From contig NC_086097.1 of assembly GCF_963921235.1 (NCBI RefSeq), positions 63,614,001 to 63,678,000 on the forward strand: 64,000 bases of DNA, given 5' to 3'. The position numbers were made by a program, and so were the translations under genes. The notes below the pieces were generated by a model. It saw only the letters and a list, made by a program, of their open reading frames with translations. It was not told the DNA's origin and did not search any database. Shown piece after piece: positions 50,301 through 62,093 of the stretch. The stretch's first letter is position 1; every line of letters begins with the position of its first letter. This DNA comes from Mobula hypostoma. Lineage: Eukaryota.

Positions 50301-51560
50301 GTCCGTGATGCCTGTCATCAATCATGATATTAAGATCATTTATAGTTCTGCTCTCCATTGGTAAGAAATCTTCAGACATTGCATTCTTGAACCGGTTCCA
50401 TAATTGCTGTGGATTGTTGATTTCAGTGTTTGTTAGCAAGACGACAAACAAATCTCTCGTTGCTCTGGGCATTCTTGTTCTCTCTGCCTCTTCCATAGTT
50501 TGCTGCCAATGATCGTCAGCTTGCAACAATCCTCTCTCTCTGCAGATATCTTTGAAGGATGGAAGGATATCTCCATCATGTGTTTTCAATGATTCGAAAG
50601 ATACTGGCCCCTCTATGTGATGAAGAAGAAGTCTCAATTAGTAGAGGTCACCACTTTGTGGAGAAACGGTATACACTCGACCCAGAACATTTGCTTCAGA
50701 AATCCTGGAGTAGTCCTCCACTCTTTTCCCCATTCTCTTTCTTTCCCATCTCTTATTAGTCCAAGTGTAGAATCTGGGAATAGGGTGTTTCAAAGTAGTT
50801 CATTACAATGAGATTTAAATATCTCTTATTGATGGGTCGCAGTTTGATCTGTCCCAATCCTGCACATGCTGATGGTGATTAGCAGAATGTGACCACTCGA
50901 AATAGAGCTGCCCTGCCCTTTTGCTGCGGTTGGTGTCGCTGCTGTGAGCATCGTGAGGCGCTGCTGAGGCTGGCCATGCGCATGCGTCATGGTGTCGCAT
51001 CGCAGTTTCCATCGAAGCTGGAATCGGGTGTGGAAAGCGAGGCCTGTTGACCAGTGAGCAATTTTAAATGAATATGAGCAATTTTAAATGAATATAACCC
51101 TGACCTTTGCATGCATTCTGTAAGTTAGCGCATTTTAAGTCCACTTTAGTCAAAAAAAGTGCCACTGTAATTCATCGTTTGGGCTAATTGGAGGTCACAA
51201 ACAGGCAAACAGAGCATGAGAATTTTAGTAGTATATAGATGAGAGGCATTGATCGTGTGGATAGTCGGAGGCTTTTTCCCAGGGCTGAAATGACTATCAC
51301 AAGAGGGCACAGTTTTAAGGTGCTTGGAAGAAGACACAGAGGAGATGGCAGGGGTGAGTTTCTTATGCAGAGAGTGGTGAGTGCATGGAATGGGCTGCCG
51401 GCAGCGGTGGTGGAGGTGGATACGATAGGGTCTTTTAAGAGACTCCTGGATAGATACATGGAGCTTAGAAAAATAGAGGGCTATGGGTAACCCTAAGTAA
51501 TTTCTAAAGTAAGTACATGTTCAGCACAGCATTGTGGGCCAAAGGGCCTGTTCTGTCCTG
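47320..51560 (+). mobile_element. Deleted CR1 LINE split by the Helitron
   Basis: Esterase tail, YDVVAITETW endonuclease, RT C-terminus ...GDLIEVYK | MRGIDRVDS... continuous across 48593/51240. Confidence 0.9.
48594..51239 (-). mobile_element. Internally deleted Helitron (2646 bp) retaining the PIF1-family helicase region
   Basis: Minus-strand 5' end TCTATATACTACT, 3' end CTAG with subterminal hairpin GGTGACCC-GTC-GGGGCACC (48605-48623), no TSD; ORFs with FIDAPGGAGKT, GRTAHSRFKIP, IVWDECSM, FAMTIHKVQG, HGQLYVALSR. Confidence 0.95.
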
Positions 51561-53468
51561 GTAGACCCATAGTTTCTGCCTGCTCCTGTCCCACCAAACT
51601 TGTATCTGCCCACCTGGACTCCATTTTGTCACCCATTGTTCAGTCCCTCCCCACCTACATCCAGGATACATCCCATACCCTCCACTTCTTCAAGAACTTC
51701 CAATTCCCCGGTCCCGACAGCTTCATTTTCACTATGGATGTCCAATCCTTATACACCTCCATTCCCCAACAAGAAGGCCTCAAAGCCCTCCGCTACTTTC
51801 TGGATAATAGACCTCACCAGTTCCACACCACCACTACCCTCCTCCGGTTGGCGGAACTGGTTCTCACACTTAATAACTTCTCTTTTGGCTCTTCCCACTT
51901 TCTTCAGACTAAGGGTGTAGCTATGGGAACTCGCATGGGCCCCGGCTATGCCTGCCTCTTCGTTGGTTATGTGGAACAGTCTGTGCTCCAAACCTGTTCT
52001 GGTACTGCTCTCCAAACTTTCCTTTGGTACATTGACGACTACATTGGTGCTGCTTCCTGCACCCATGCTGAGCTCGTCAATTTCATCCACTTTACTTCAA
52101 ACTTCCACCCAGCCCTCAAATTCACTTGGTCTATCTCGGACACTTCTCTCTCCTTTCTCGATCTCTCAGTCTCCATCTCTGGAGACAGACTGTCCACTGA
52201 CATCTTCTACAAGCCCACTGACTCTCATAACTACCTCGACTATACCTCTTCCCACCCCGCCACATGCAAAAACGCCATTCCCTATTCCTAGTTCCTCCGT
52301 CTCCGCTGCATCTGCTCCCAGGATGAGGCTTTCCATTCCAGGACATCTCAAATGTCCTCTTTCTTTAAGGATCGTGGTTTCCTTTTGACCGTCATCAATG
52401 ATGCCCTCACCCGCATCTCCTCCATTTCCCACACTTCGGCCCTCACCCCATCCTCCCGCCACCACAACAGGGACAGAGTTCCCCTTGTCCTCACCTACCA
52501 CCCCACCAGCCTCCGGATCCAGCACATTATCCTCCGCAACTTCCGCCACCTTCAACAGGACCCCACCACTAAGCACATCTTTCCCTCTCCACCCCCTCCG
52601 CTTTCCGCAGGGATCGGTCCCTCTGCGACTCCTTTATCCACACATCCCTCCCCACGGATCTCCCACCTGGCATTTATCCTTGTAAGAGTAAGTGCTACAC
52701 CTCCTCTCTTGCCACCATTCAGGGCCCCAAACAGTCCTTCCAGGTGAGGCAACACTTCATTTGGGAGTCTGTTGGGGTCATCTATTGCATCCGGTGCTCC
52801 CGGTACGGCATCCTCTACATCAGTGAAACCCGACGCAGATTGGGGGACCACTTCGTCGAGCACCTCCGCTCCGTCTGCCACAACAGATAGGATCTCCCAG
52901 TAGCCACTCAACTTCAACTCTGCTTCCCACTCCCATTCAGATATGTCCATACATGGCCTCCTCTACTGCCATGATGAGGCCAAACTCAGGTTGGAGGAGC
53001 AACACCTCACATACCGTCTAGGTAGTCTCCAGCCCCTTGGTATGAACATAGAATTCTCCAACTTCCGGTAATTCCCTCCCCCGCCCTTCCCCTATCCCTA
53101 TGTCACTCTGCTCCCTCCCCCAGCTGCCTATCACCTCCCACATGGTTCTGCCTCCTTCTACTACCCATTGTGTTTTCCCCTATTCCTTCTTCACCTTTCC
53201 TGTCTATCACCTCCCTGATTCCCCTCCTCCACCCCTTTATCTTTCCCCTTACTGGTTTTTCACCTGGCACCTACCTGCCTTCTCCTTCCCACCCTCCCCC
53301 CACCTTCTTTATAGGGCCCCTGCCCCTTCCCTCTTCAGTCCTGACGAAGGGTTCCGACCTGAAACGTCGACTCATCGTTTCCACGGATGCTGCCCGACCT
53401 GCTGAGTTCCTCCAGTATGTTGTGAGTGTTGCTTTGACCCCAGCATCTGCAGATTATTTTGTGTTTAC
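51561..53468 (+). mobile_element. Penelope-like element: RT, GIY-YIG endonuclease and 3' pseudo-LTR, 5'-truncated
   Basis: ORF 51626-52291 MDVQSLYTSIP, GVAMGTRMGP, YIDD, FLDL, YKPTD; GVIYCIRCSR...LYISET near 52775; terminal hammerhead. Confidence 0.95.
53336..53373 (+). ncRNA. Minimal type I hammerhead ribozyme in the Penelope pseudo-LTR
   Basis: AGTC-CTGACGA-AGG(gttccga)CCT-GAAA-CG-TC-GACT: intact CUGANGA and GAAA boxes, GUC cleavage triplet, stem I AGTC/GACT, palindromic ACGT stem III. Confidence 0.8.
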
Positions 53469-53904
53469 TGTATTGTGCTGTAGTTTTTCTACGTTTCTAC
53501 AGCAGATAGAGACATGTCGTAAATTCAAAGGGAGTACATTCTATTTGTTAACTAGGAAATCTCAGTCTTCTTTTCTCTGTTCTTGTGCTGTTTTGCATCC
53601 TGACTTCTCTTCCAATTCCTAAATTGCACCTCTGCACTTTTCTACTTTTCTTTTTTACCCCCAACTGCAAATGCACCCACTGCTTCCCATTTTGAGGCAG
53701 TATCAAGGCCCTTTTCTACAAGAACATACCACCTTCAATCCTGCTATATTGCGGTCGTGGCACAATGAAGAATTAATAATTCAATCTTGCCTAAGGTTTT
53801 ATCCTCCATTGATTATGAAAGTGCTCAGCCTTCGTTTAACTTACTGCTTCTTTTCTGGACTTAGTGTTCAGAATGTGAAATGTGGAATTTCCTGAGTAAA
53901 ACTG

Positions 53905-54865
53905 ATCAGACATTAAAAACCAGGAACGGAGGCAGGCCAATCAACCCCTTTGTGCTTGCTCTGCCAGTCAGCAGAGCATGGCTAATCCTTATACTCCACT
54001 AACCAAATTTCCCTCAATTCCTTTAGAATAGAAAAGTCTGTCAGTCTCTGTCTTGAATATATTCAGAGACTGAGCCTCCAAAAGCCTCTTGGCTTGAGAA
54101 GTCCAAGGATTTACAATCCCCATACAAAAAAACTTCTCCAAATCTCTGAAGCAATGATCACTTATTTTGAAACTCTGCCCCTAGTTCAAGACATCCAGCC
54201 TGAGGAAAGATTAACTTCTCATCTACAGAATGTTATATGTTTCAACAAGACCACCTCTCATTCCCTAGAAGTCATAAGTATAGACTTAATCTGTTTACTC
54301 TCTTCTCATGATAAATCCACCTTTCCACGAATCAGTCTGGTTAACCTTTTTCTGCATTTCCCCTATTGCAAATATATCCTTTCTTAGACAGTGTGATCAG
54401 ACTTTTACATAATATTCAAAATATAATCTCACCATGGCATTATTTGCAGAGATGTCTCTACACTTGTATTCATATCCTCTTGCCAACCATTTACCTTCTT
54501 TATTACTTGCTGTATCTGTATGTTAACATTATGATTCATATACAAGACCAACCAAGGCCTTCCGAACACCAATACTTTCACCATTTAAAAATATCCCACC
54601 TTTCATATTTTTTCTACAATGGTGGATAACCTCACAATTTTTACACATTATTTGCAATCTGCTATGTCCTTGCCATCTTTATTCTCCTAATGCCTCTCTG
54701 AATATTCCTCACTGCCCACAAGGCCTCCTTGTTTTGCATCATCAGTGTACTCAAACATACTATATCTGATCTACTCTTCCAATTCACTGATACAGATTAT
54801 GATGCCCCTGCACCAATCCCTATGGTACCCAACTAATCACAACCCTCCCTCCTTAAGATAACATC
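53905..54865 (-). mobile_element. Old CR1 RT fragment, the target of the ERV insertion; continues at 63239-63480
   Basis: Degenerate minus-strand CR1 RT sequence is collinear on both sides of the provirus. Confidence 0.65.
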
Positions 54866-55785
54866 TGTTAGATTGGACTGTATTTTATACTATTATCTAT
54901 ATACTTGTAACTATTCAGTGTGTTTTTAGTGGTTGTAATTACCTTTCTATCTTTCTAGAAACTTTTAGTTTCAGTGGTGCGTACCGCATTACTTGAATAG
55001 TGGCTATCTTATTAGCTAACTATTATCCACAGAAATTCGGTGGAATTACTGGTCTGTAGTGATCTCGTTGTTCATCACCTGCCACCAGAGTCTCTTCTTT
55101 TTCTCTCTGCACCTTTTCCCTTTCCCAAGTTTCCTTTGTTCTTGTGATACTTAATAAAACCATTGTAAGTAACAAGTTTCATGCCTCATTCTTGTTTCCA
55201 AAGAACCTAGGATCGCAAAAACATCAGGATTCAACAGTTTGGCATAGTCAGCAGGATGGTTGCAAAAATTTAAGGATTTGGAAGAACCCCAGATGAAGTG
55301 GAAAGTTTAAGCATGTAAAGTTAATACAAGGGAAGACCTTCTTTCTTATTTTCCTAACTGTCCAAGAAATCACCTAGTTCTTGCTTCACTACACCACCTA
55401 ATGGGAGTTAAGAATGAAGGAAAACTCTATTATACTTTGCTATTCTGGAAAAGTCAGATATGAACTAAGATTCAAATTGTACTCAATTCTATTTGTACTA
55501 CCTGTGGAGCACCAAAGAATTTTGTGTTTTAGAAAAACACCTTTCAATTCCAATCCAATAAGAAAAAAACATCATTTGCAAATCAATGATAGTCCAATTC
55601 CAATCCAATAATATCCTGATTGTAATCCAACAGCATTTCAATTGCAATCTAACAATATTTTGATACAATCCAATGGTATTTCAATTGTAGTCTAAGTGAT
55701 AAGAAGTACATACAAAATAACTGTTATGTGAGATCAAATTAAGACAATGGTCAAAATCGTAAAACCTATTACAGAAAAAGGGGGA

Positions 55786-55978
55786 CCACGAGAAAATCTG
55801 CAGATGCTAGAAATTCCAGCAACACACACAAAATGCTGGTGGAACGCAGCAGGCCAGGCAGCATCTGTAGGAAGAAGTACAGTCGACGTTTCGGGCCAAG
55901 ACCCTTCTTCAGTACTGTGACGAAAGGTCTCGGTCCGAAACATCGACTGTACTTCTTCCTATAGATGCTGCCTGGTCC
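55786..55978. mobile_element. 193-bp Penelope-derived insertion with two inverted hammerhead-containing arms
   Basis: 15-bp TSD ACAGAAAAAGGGGGA (55771-55785 and 55979-55993); arms 55852-55913 and 55914-55978 are reverse complements. Confidence 0.9.
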
Positions 55979-58900
55979 ACAGAAAAAGGGGGAGCTGAAT
56001 CTCCATTTGTTATGTTTGAACAGATAATTGAGGGTTTGAGTTCTTACCTGAATAAAATATTTCAATTTGATAAGATTAATGAAAAAAAGGCAGATAAAAT
56101 ATAGCATCAGTGTTGAGGCTATTAAGAAGGGTTGGGTTAAAATCCAGAGAGTGTCTGAGGAGAAAGAGGAGAAATAGATGGACGTTAGCTATCTTGTCAC
56201 AGTTAAAGAACCCAACACAGGCTCAGCTGGAAAGCTGGATACATGAGCTAACGGGAAAAGTGGTAAAGTTAACTGAATAAGTGAAAAAGGAAAGGGAAAA
56301 TTGTGATAAACTACAAAAGCAGTTAACAGGTACAGTATAAAGTCTAAGAAGCAAATCATTGCATTAACTGAATGAGTGAAAAATAACATAATAAATGTAA
56401 TCCAACCAAAATGCATTGTATGGAGCTTCAAAGTACACAGAAGCAAATTCAGAAGACCCAGCAGGGACCTCAGGTGGGCAACCCTCCCAGTGATGCTCCT
56501 CTTGGGAAATGCCCCCTACATTGAACAGTCCTCCAAGACATCACCACAGTCCAAACTCCAAGGAATTGCCGTATGGACATAGACTTTACAGTGACCTCTA
56601 GTGACTCATGTGATGAAACAATAGGATTGGCAGCCATGTTATGACTTCCCCAATAAACAGCAAGGAACTGAAGTCATGCCGGACAGAAGATGGAATCAAT
56701 GAAACAAGATAAATGGTCTTTCATCAACTACCTGAACTAAAAAAGATTGATAAATAGTCCAGAAAGGTTCTATATCTTAAAAAAGGAAGTTTAAAGATTG
56801 GGGCTGAACTTCAACTAATTAAGAACATATACAAATTGCACCCATATGATGGCATCCAAATTTTGGCTACCATCTTGTTTTCTCAGCAAATCGGACAGTT
56901 TTCTCATAGAGTTGATGATGACATGGGAGATGATAATCAAAATGTACAAAGTGTTTGGGATGTTACTGAGAGGTGGTTGGAAGAACAGACCCCAATACAG
57001 AATGATTGCAAGAAAATAGTTGATTGTAAGCAAAAGATTTCTGAAGATATTTCTGAATATGAGGAATGCAACAGGGCAACATGGTTAACTTATCCAAGAC
57101 TTCTGGGAGTAAATGAAGATACCATGAAGGATCTACATATGGTCCTGGAGATCAACTTTAATGGATAGCTTGAAACCAGATTTCGCCAAAGTGATGAAGC
57201 TGACAAAAATAGAAGTGAAGCTGGTGTTCCATATAGTGAGCTAGTACAAGCCACCAGACAAGTGGAATGAGATATCGAAATCTGAATAAGATCATTATAT
57301 GTTCATCAGTTACCTATTGATCAACAGCCACTGGCCATGGGTCAACAGCCACAGCTACTGCAGGTGAGTCAACAGCAAACACCCATTAGCCAACAGAAAA
57401 AGCAGGACTGGAATTCATCGTGTGCACCACAACAATTTCAATATGAGTTGTTGGAATAAAAAAACAAAATGGACAACGGAAGAAAGCTCAACAAGAAGTT
57501 CGATCCTCTGCCCCTCAAAAGTTGCAAGATCTTGATCTGATTATAGAGTTTCAACAAACAACAAAGCCCTTGATAGTGCAAAAGCCAGATGGCTTATATG
57601 TTAATTTAGTGATTGGGAATGAATGTGCTGAATTCTTATTGGACATGGAGAACTATGATGACCATGACTGGGCATGGATAGTAACATACCATGAAGATGA
57701 AAATTATTACAAATAAATGCCTCTATTGAACTCAGATATGATTCTGTACATTGCTAGCTCCTCAACAATTGATGGAAGATTTCAAATGTTTCTGGAACTG
57801 TAGTGCTGGCATCAGAAAGCATGGCTCCTGGTACATCTGCAAAACAGGAAAAACTGAAAGGCCTCATTGAAGCCTGTAAGCTTGCAGAAGGAAGATGAGC
57901 TAATATCTACACAGTCTCTCGATATGCTTTTGGAGTTGTTCATGACTTTGGAATCTTACGGAGGCCAAGGGGATTTCTTACGGCTGAAGTAATCCCAATC
58001 AAGAATGACCAACTATTATAGGAACTCATGAATGTTACACAATTGCCATCAGAAGTAGCTGTATTGAAGTGTAAAAGCCACTCCAAAATGACAACAATAA
58101 AAAGCTGTGGAAATGTATTCACAGATAAAATTGCAAAAAAAAAGCAGCACAGGAAGGGATAAAAGAAATAAAACAAGTAAAAGAAGTTAAAGAAAAGTCA
58201 AAGAATTAAAAGTAATGGGAACGTATGCAGTGAACCTGACAACTGAAATTTTGGAAACAAATTGAACTCTTATTACAGATGAATATACAAGATATTTGAG
58301 AGATGCAAGCTCGATGCTCTAAGAAAAGTGGTTCTGGATGGAGAATGGTAGGAGATTAAAGAGTGATGGAGCATGGAGATATGCACTAGTCATAGACTAG
58401 TAGCTCCAATTACATCGCTTGCTATCCTAGCACAGAAGATACACTCTCTAGGACACATTGGAGAGGAAAAGATTATCAGCAGGTTTTTCCATTGGTGGCA
58501 GAATACAAAGCTCAGAGCACAAACTTGGGAAACGTTTGAAAGATGCATGATATGCCAGAAAACAAATCCTGGAGCAGTGGAAAAGCTACCACGACGAAGT
58601 GTTCCTATCCCCAACTAGTCCATTTTTACACATATGGGTGGACTATATTACTTTGCCAAAGTGTCAAAGATACTCAGATGTTTTAGTAATAGTGGATAAG
58701 TTTTCAAGATGGGTGGAAACTATTCCAGCAAGGAAAGCCACTGCCACTCACACAGCAAAAACTCTGATCAAAGACTATACTCCTAGACGGGGATTGCCAT
58801 GTCACATTGAATCTGAACAAGGAACACATTTCACTCGGAGTGTTTGTCAGGAATCATGTTGACTAAAGAATATTGAATGGTCTTTCCATTAAACAGATGA

Positions 58901-59723
58901 ATGGGATCATCAAACAACGACAAACTAAGTATCATGAGGGAAGTGTACTACAGTCTACGAATCTTCCTATGGTCTTAATTAGAATCAAAGCAACCCAAAA
59001 AAACAGAAAATTAAATTAAGTCCATTCAAGATAGTAACAGGGGAGCCTATGTCACTGCCAGCAGCTCTTGATCTTAGAGAGGCTGGTATACACAATATGG
59101 CAGACAATTTAGCTACCTATTGTGTGAAATTAACCCAAGCTGTACAGTCTGCTTCTCAGCAAATTTCTGCTGCTTGGAGTGGTCCAACAGAAGGAGGATA
59201 TGTCCCAATTCCTGGTGAGTGGTCCAGATCAAAAAACCTCATAAGAAGCCACTGGAGCTTACTTATCAAGTGTAGGTAACTAATAATTCAGCATAGAAAA
59301 GTAGGTAAAGGTAAGTGGATGCATGCTAGCCACTCCAAGAGAGCTAAGGTAGCACCTGTCAAGGACAACAAGTGCTGATGTTAATGTGTTAGTAATCTCT
59401 GACTTAGTGTCTATGCTACTGGGCTACAGTGAACAAATCACTAACCCACCAGAAGACTTCAAACAGATTTGATAACTGTGATATCATGTGTCACGTGTAA
59501 GAACATGATTGGACAGGGTTCTGAGCATGCGCAGAAATGAGAGAACGATCAAGAAACTTGTATGGTGAAAATGTGGTTGCTGTTTGCTGTTGTAAATAAA
59601 AGTTCTAGTTCTTATTCTTCCAGAATGTGGTTTGTTCTTAGTAACCCATGGTACGTATAAAGAACACAACATGGTGTCAGAAGTCACTCTGGAAGAATAA
59701 TACGTTGCACTAACACGGGAGGA

Positions 59724-60960
59724 GTGAAGATAATCGAAAAAAAGAGCGTGAGTTGTTTTGGTGTGCTAACGGTTTTAAAAAATGGAAGTTTTGCAACCCC
59801 CATTGATGTTCAGCTGACTGGAAACATAGCCGAAAAATGTAAAAGATTTAAACAGCATTTTGAAATGTATTTATCGGCGATCAGAGCAGATGTGAAATCG
59901 GAAGAAACAAAAGCTGCAATTCTACTCCACGTAATAGATGACAATGCAATTGAGGTATATAACCATTTTACTTTTGAAAATGGAGATAATTTGAATCTAA
60001 AAGCGATAATGGACAAATTTGACGCATTTTCTATACCGAAGCGCAATGTGACATATGAATCGTACAAATTTTTCAAATGTTGGCAGAGATCTGGTGAAAC
60101 GATTGATCAGTTTGTTACGGAGTTGAGAAACCACAGTAAAACATGCCAGTTTGCAGAACTGACAGACTCTCTCATTACAGACAAAATTGTTCACAGCATT
60201 CGGGATAATGCTCTGAGAGGAAGGCTGTTAAGAGAACAAGACGTAAATTTGGAAAAAGGTTTGATTCTCTGCAAAGCTTCGGAAACCGTGACCTTGCAGG
60301 CTAAAGAGCTTTTTATTGAGAACTGCAACTTACACGCTGTGTGCGAACATATTAGAAAAGATAATAAAACAACAACAAAACTCACAGAGAGCAAGACGTC
60401 GTCTGAGAGAAAAAAGTCGTGTAATCGCTGTGGGCGGCAGCACCAGCCAAAACAGTGTCCAGCGTATGGGAAAATGTGCAACGACTGCAGTAAGAGTAAT
60501 CATTTTTCACGCTGTTGCAGAAGTAGAAAGAAAATAAAACAAGTAAGTGCAGTGCTTGAAAATGAACTGGAGGAGTTTTATATAGATGTGCTTTGTGAAA
60601 ACAAGCAAAGTAAGATTGACTGGACTATTCCATTGCAAGTGAACCAAAACAATATTCTGTTTAAACTTGATACTGGAGCACAAGTAAATGTTCTTGCAGA
60701 ATCTGAGTTTAATGCATTAAAGCCAAGACCAAAGTTATATAAGACAAATATAAAAGTGACTGGGTATTCAGGTGCAGACATTCCAGTTAAAGGAACATGT
60801 GTGGCAAAAGAATATATGGAATATATGTGTGGCAAAAGTATCACACAAAAATATTGTGCACACGCTTTCATTTGTGGTGGTGCCAAAGAATGTACAGTCA
60901 ATACTGGGTTTATCTGCCTGTGAGAGACTGAATTTGGTGAAAAGAGTGTTAGTCCTGGAT
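59724..60960 (+). pseudogene. Gypsy Gag-protease
   Basis: ORF 59724-60923: CNRCGRQHQPKQC, CNDCSKSNHFSRC, LFKLDTGAQVNVL; continues after a 28-bp frameshifting duplication as ...[17 protein letters not shown]. Confidence 0.9.
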
Positions 60961-61119
60961 ATTGAAGAAGTTAAAGCACAAGTGAAGGAATTGAGAAGTT
61001 TTATTGAAATAATGAAGTCTCAGCATAAAAAAGAGGTTACACAGTTAACGAGTGAATTAGATGAAGAAAAGAAGATTCGTATTTCATTACAAATGGAAGA
61101 AAAAGGAATTAAGAAAGCT
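60961..61119 (+). pseudogene. SH3KBP1: Transduced fragment of the SH3KBP1/CIN85 C-terminal coiled coil
   Basis: [53 protein letters not shown] aligns without gaps to the human CIN85 C-terminus as I recall it ([53 protein letters not shown]). Confidence 0.85.
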
Positions 61120-62093
61120 ACAGTCCTTGAAGTACAACCCAGATGATACATGGTCCAAACAGAGGAGGGAGAAGTGTTAAGAAGAAATCGCAAAGACCTC
61201 AAGAAAGAGCCAACTTCAGAGTTTCAGTTAACTGATGCAGACCAGACAAAACATGGAAATAACAACGAAACACAAGAACTGTGTGAACCACTTAGAAGGT
61301 CTACTCGTGTTCATAAACCCCCAGAGAGACTGGTAGTGACATGTTAAATTATGTATTTGTTCTGATCAATATTGCTAATTGTTTTTCTTTTTAAGGAAAG
61401 GAAGATGTGCTATCACGTGTCACGTGTAAGAATGTGATTGTACAGAGTTCTGAGCATGCGTAGAAATGACAGAATGATCGAGAAACTTGTATGGTGAAAA
61501 TGTGGTTGCTGTTTTCTGTTGTAAATAAAAGTTCTAGTTCTTATTCTTCCAGAATATGATTTGTTCTTAGTAACCCACGGTACATATAAAGAACACAACA
61601 ATAATGACTGGACCTTATGGTGCTGTTACATTTTAACCAAATTTTTCTACTCACAACATGCCAATTAAGATGACTCACAATGTGTACTTGCGGGTATCAG
61701 ATAAATTTACTAATATTGTTAATGTTTCTAGCTGTCAGGATGCCACACACTTCAAAAGAAGTATCAGAGAGATTTAAAATGTATATGCGGCTTTAGAAAG
61801 AGTGAGCAATGACACTGCTGGTGCCTTGGAGGAAATAACAACAGAAATAGTTACTATGCATAAGATGGTTTGTCAAAATCAGATATTCTCTCATAGGCAA
61901 GGAGCTGACAGGTCTGACAATGAAACTGATTTAGCTGATCATATTTGTAAATAAATAGCTCAAATACATCAATTTGATGAATGATATTTCTTTGACTGGA
62001 TTCAATAAACTCTAGGAAGATGGGGTTACTCAATAATTATAATATTTGTCCTGACATGCCTTATCATAATTTATGTCTTTTTTATTGTATAAG

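Larger units (their letters stand above)
59477..61600 (+). mobile_element. Non-autonomous Ty3/Gypsy (Mag-like) LTR retrotransposon carrying a captured host sequence
   Basis: 195-bp LTRs at 59477-59671 and 61406-61600 (TG...CA, about 15 mismatches); PBS TGGTGTCAGAAGT (tRNA-Leu-like); PPT AAGGAAAGGAAGA; TSD ATAAC/ATAAT; Gag with two zinc knuckles, protease FKLDTGA, integrase tail RRNR...LRRSTR. Confidence 0.95.

Noticed and set aside
48734..50637. Host PIF1 helicase gene
   Set aside because: Intronless, broken and bounded by Helitron termini inside a CR1
60961..61119. A genuine exon of the host SH3KBP1 locus
   Set aside because: No splice sites at its edges; it is embedded in frame in pol sequence between paired LTRs inside an ERV
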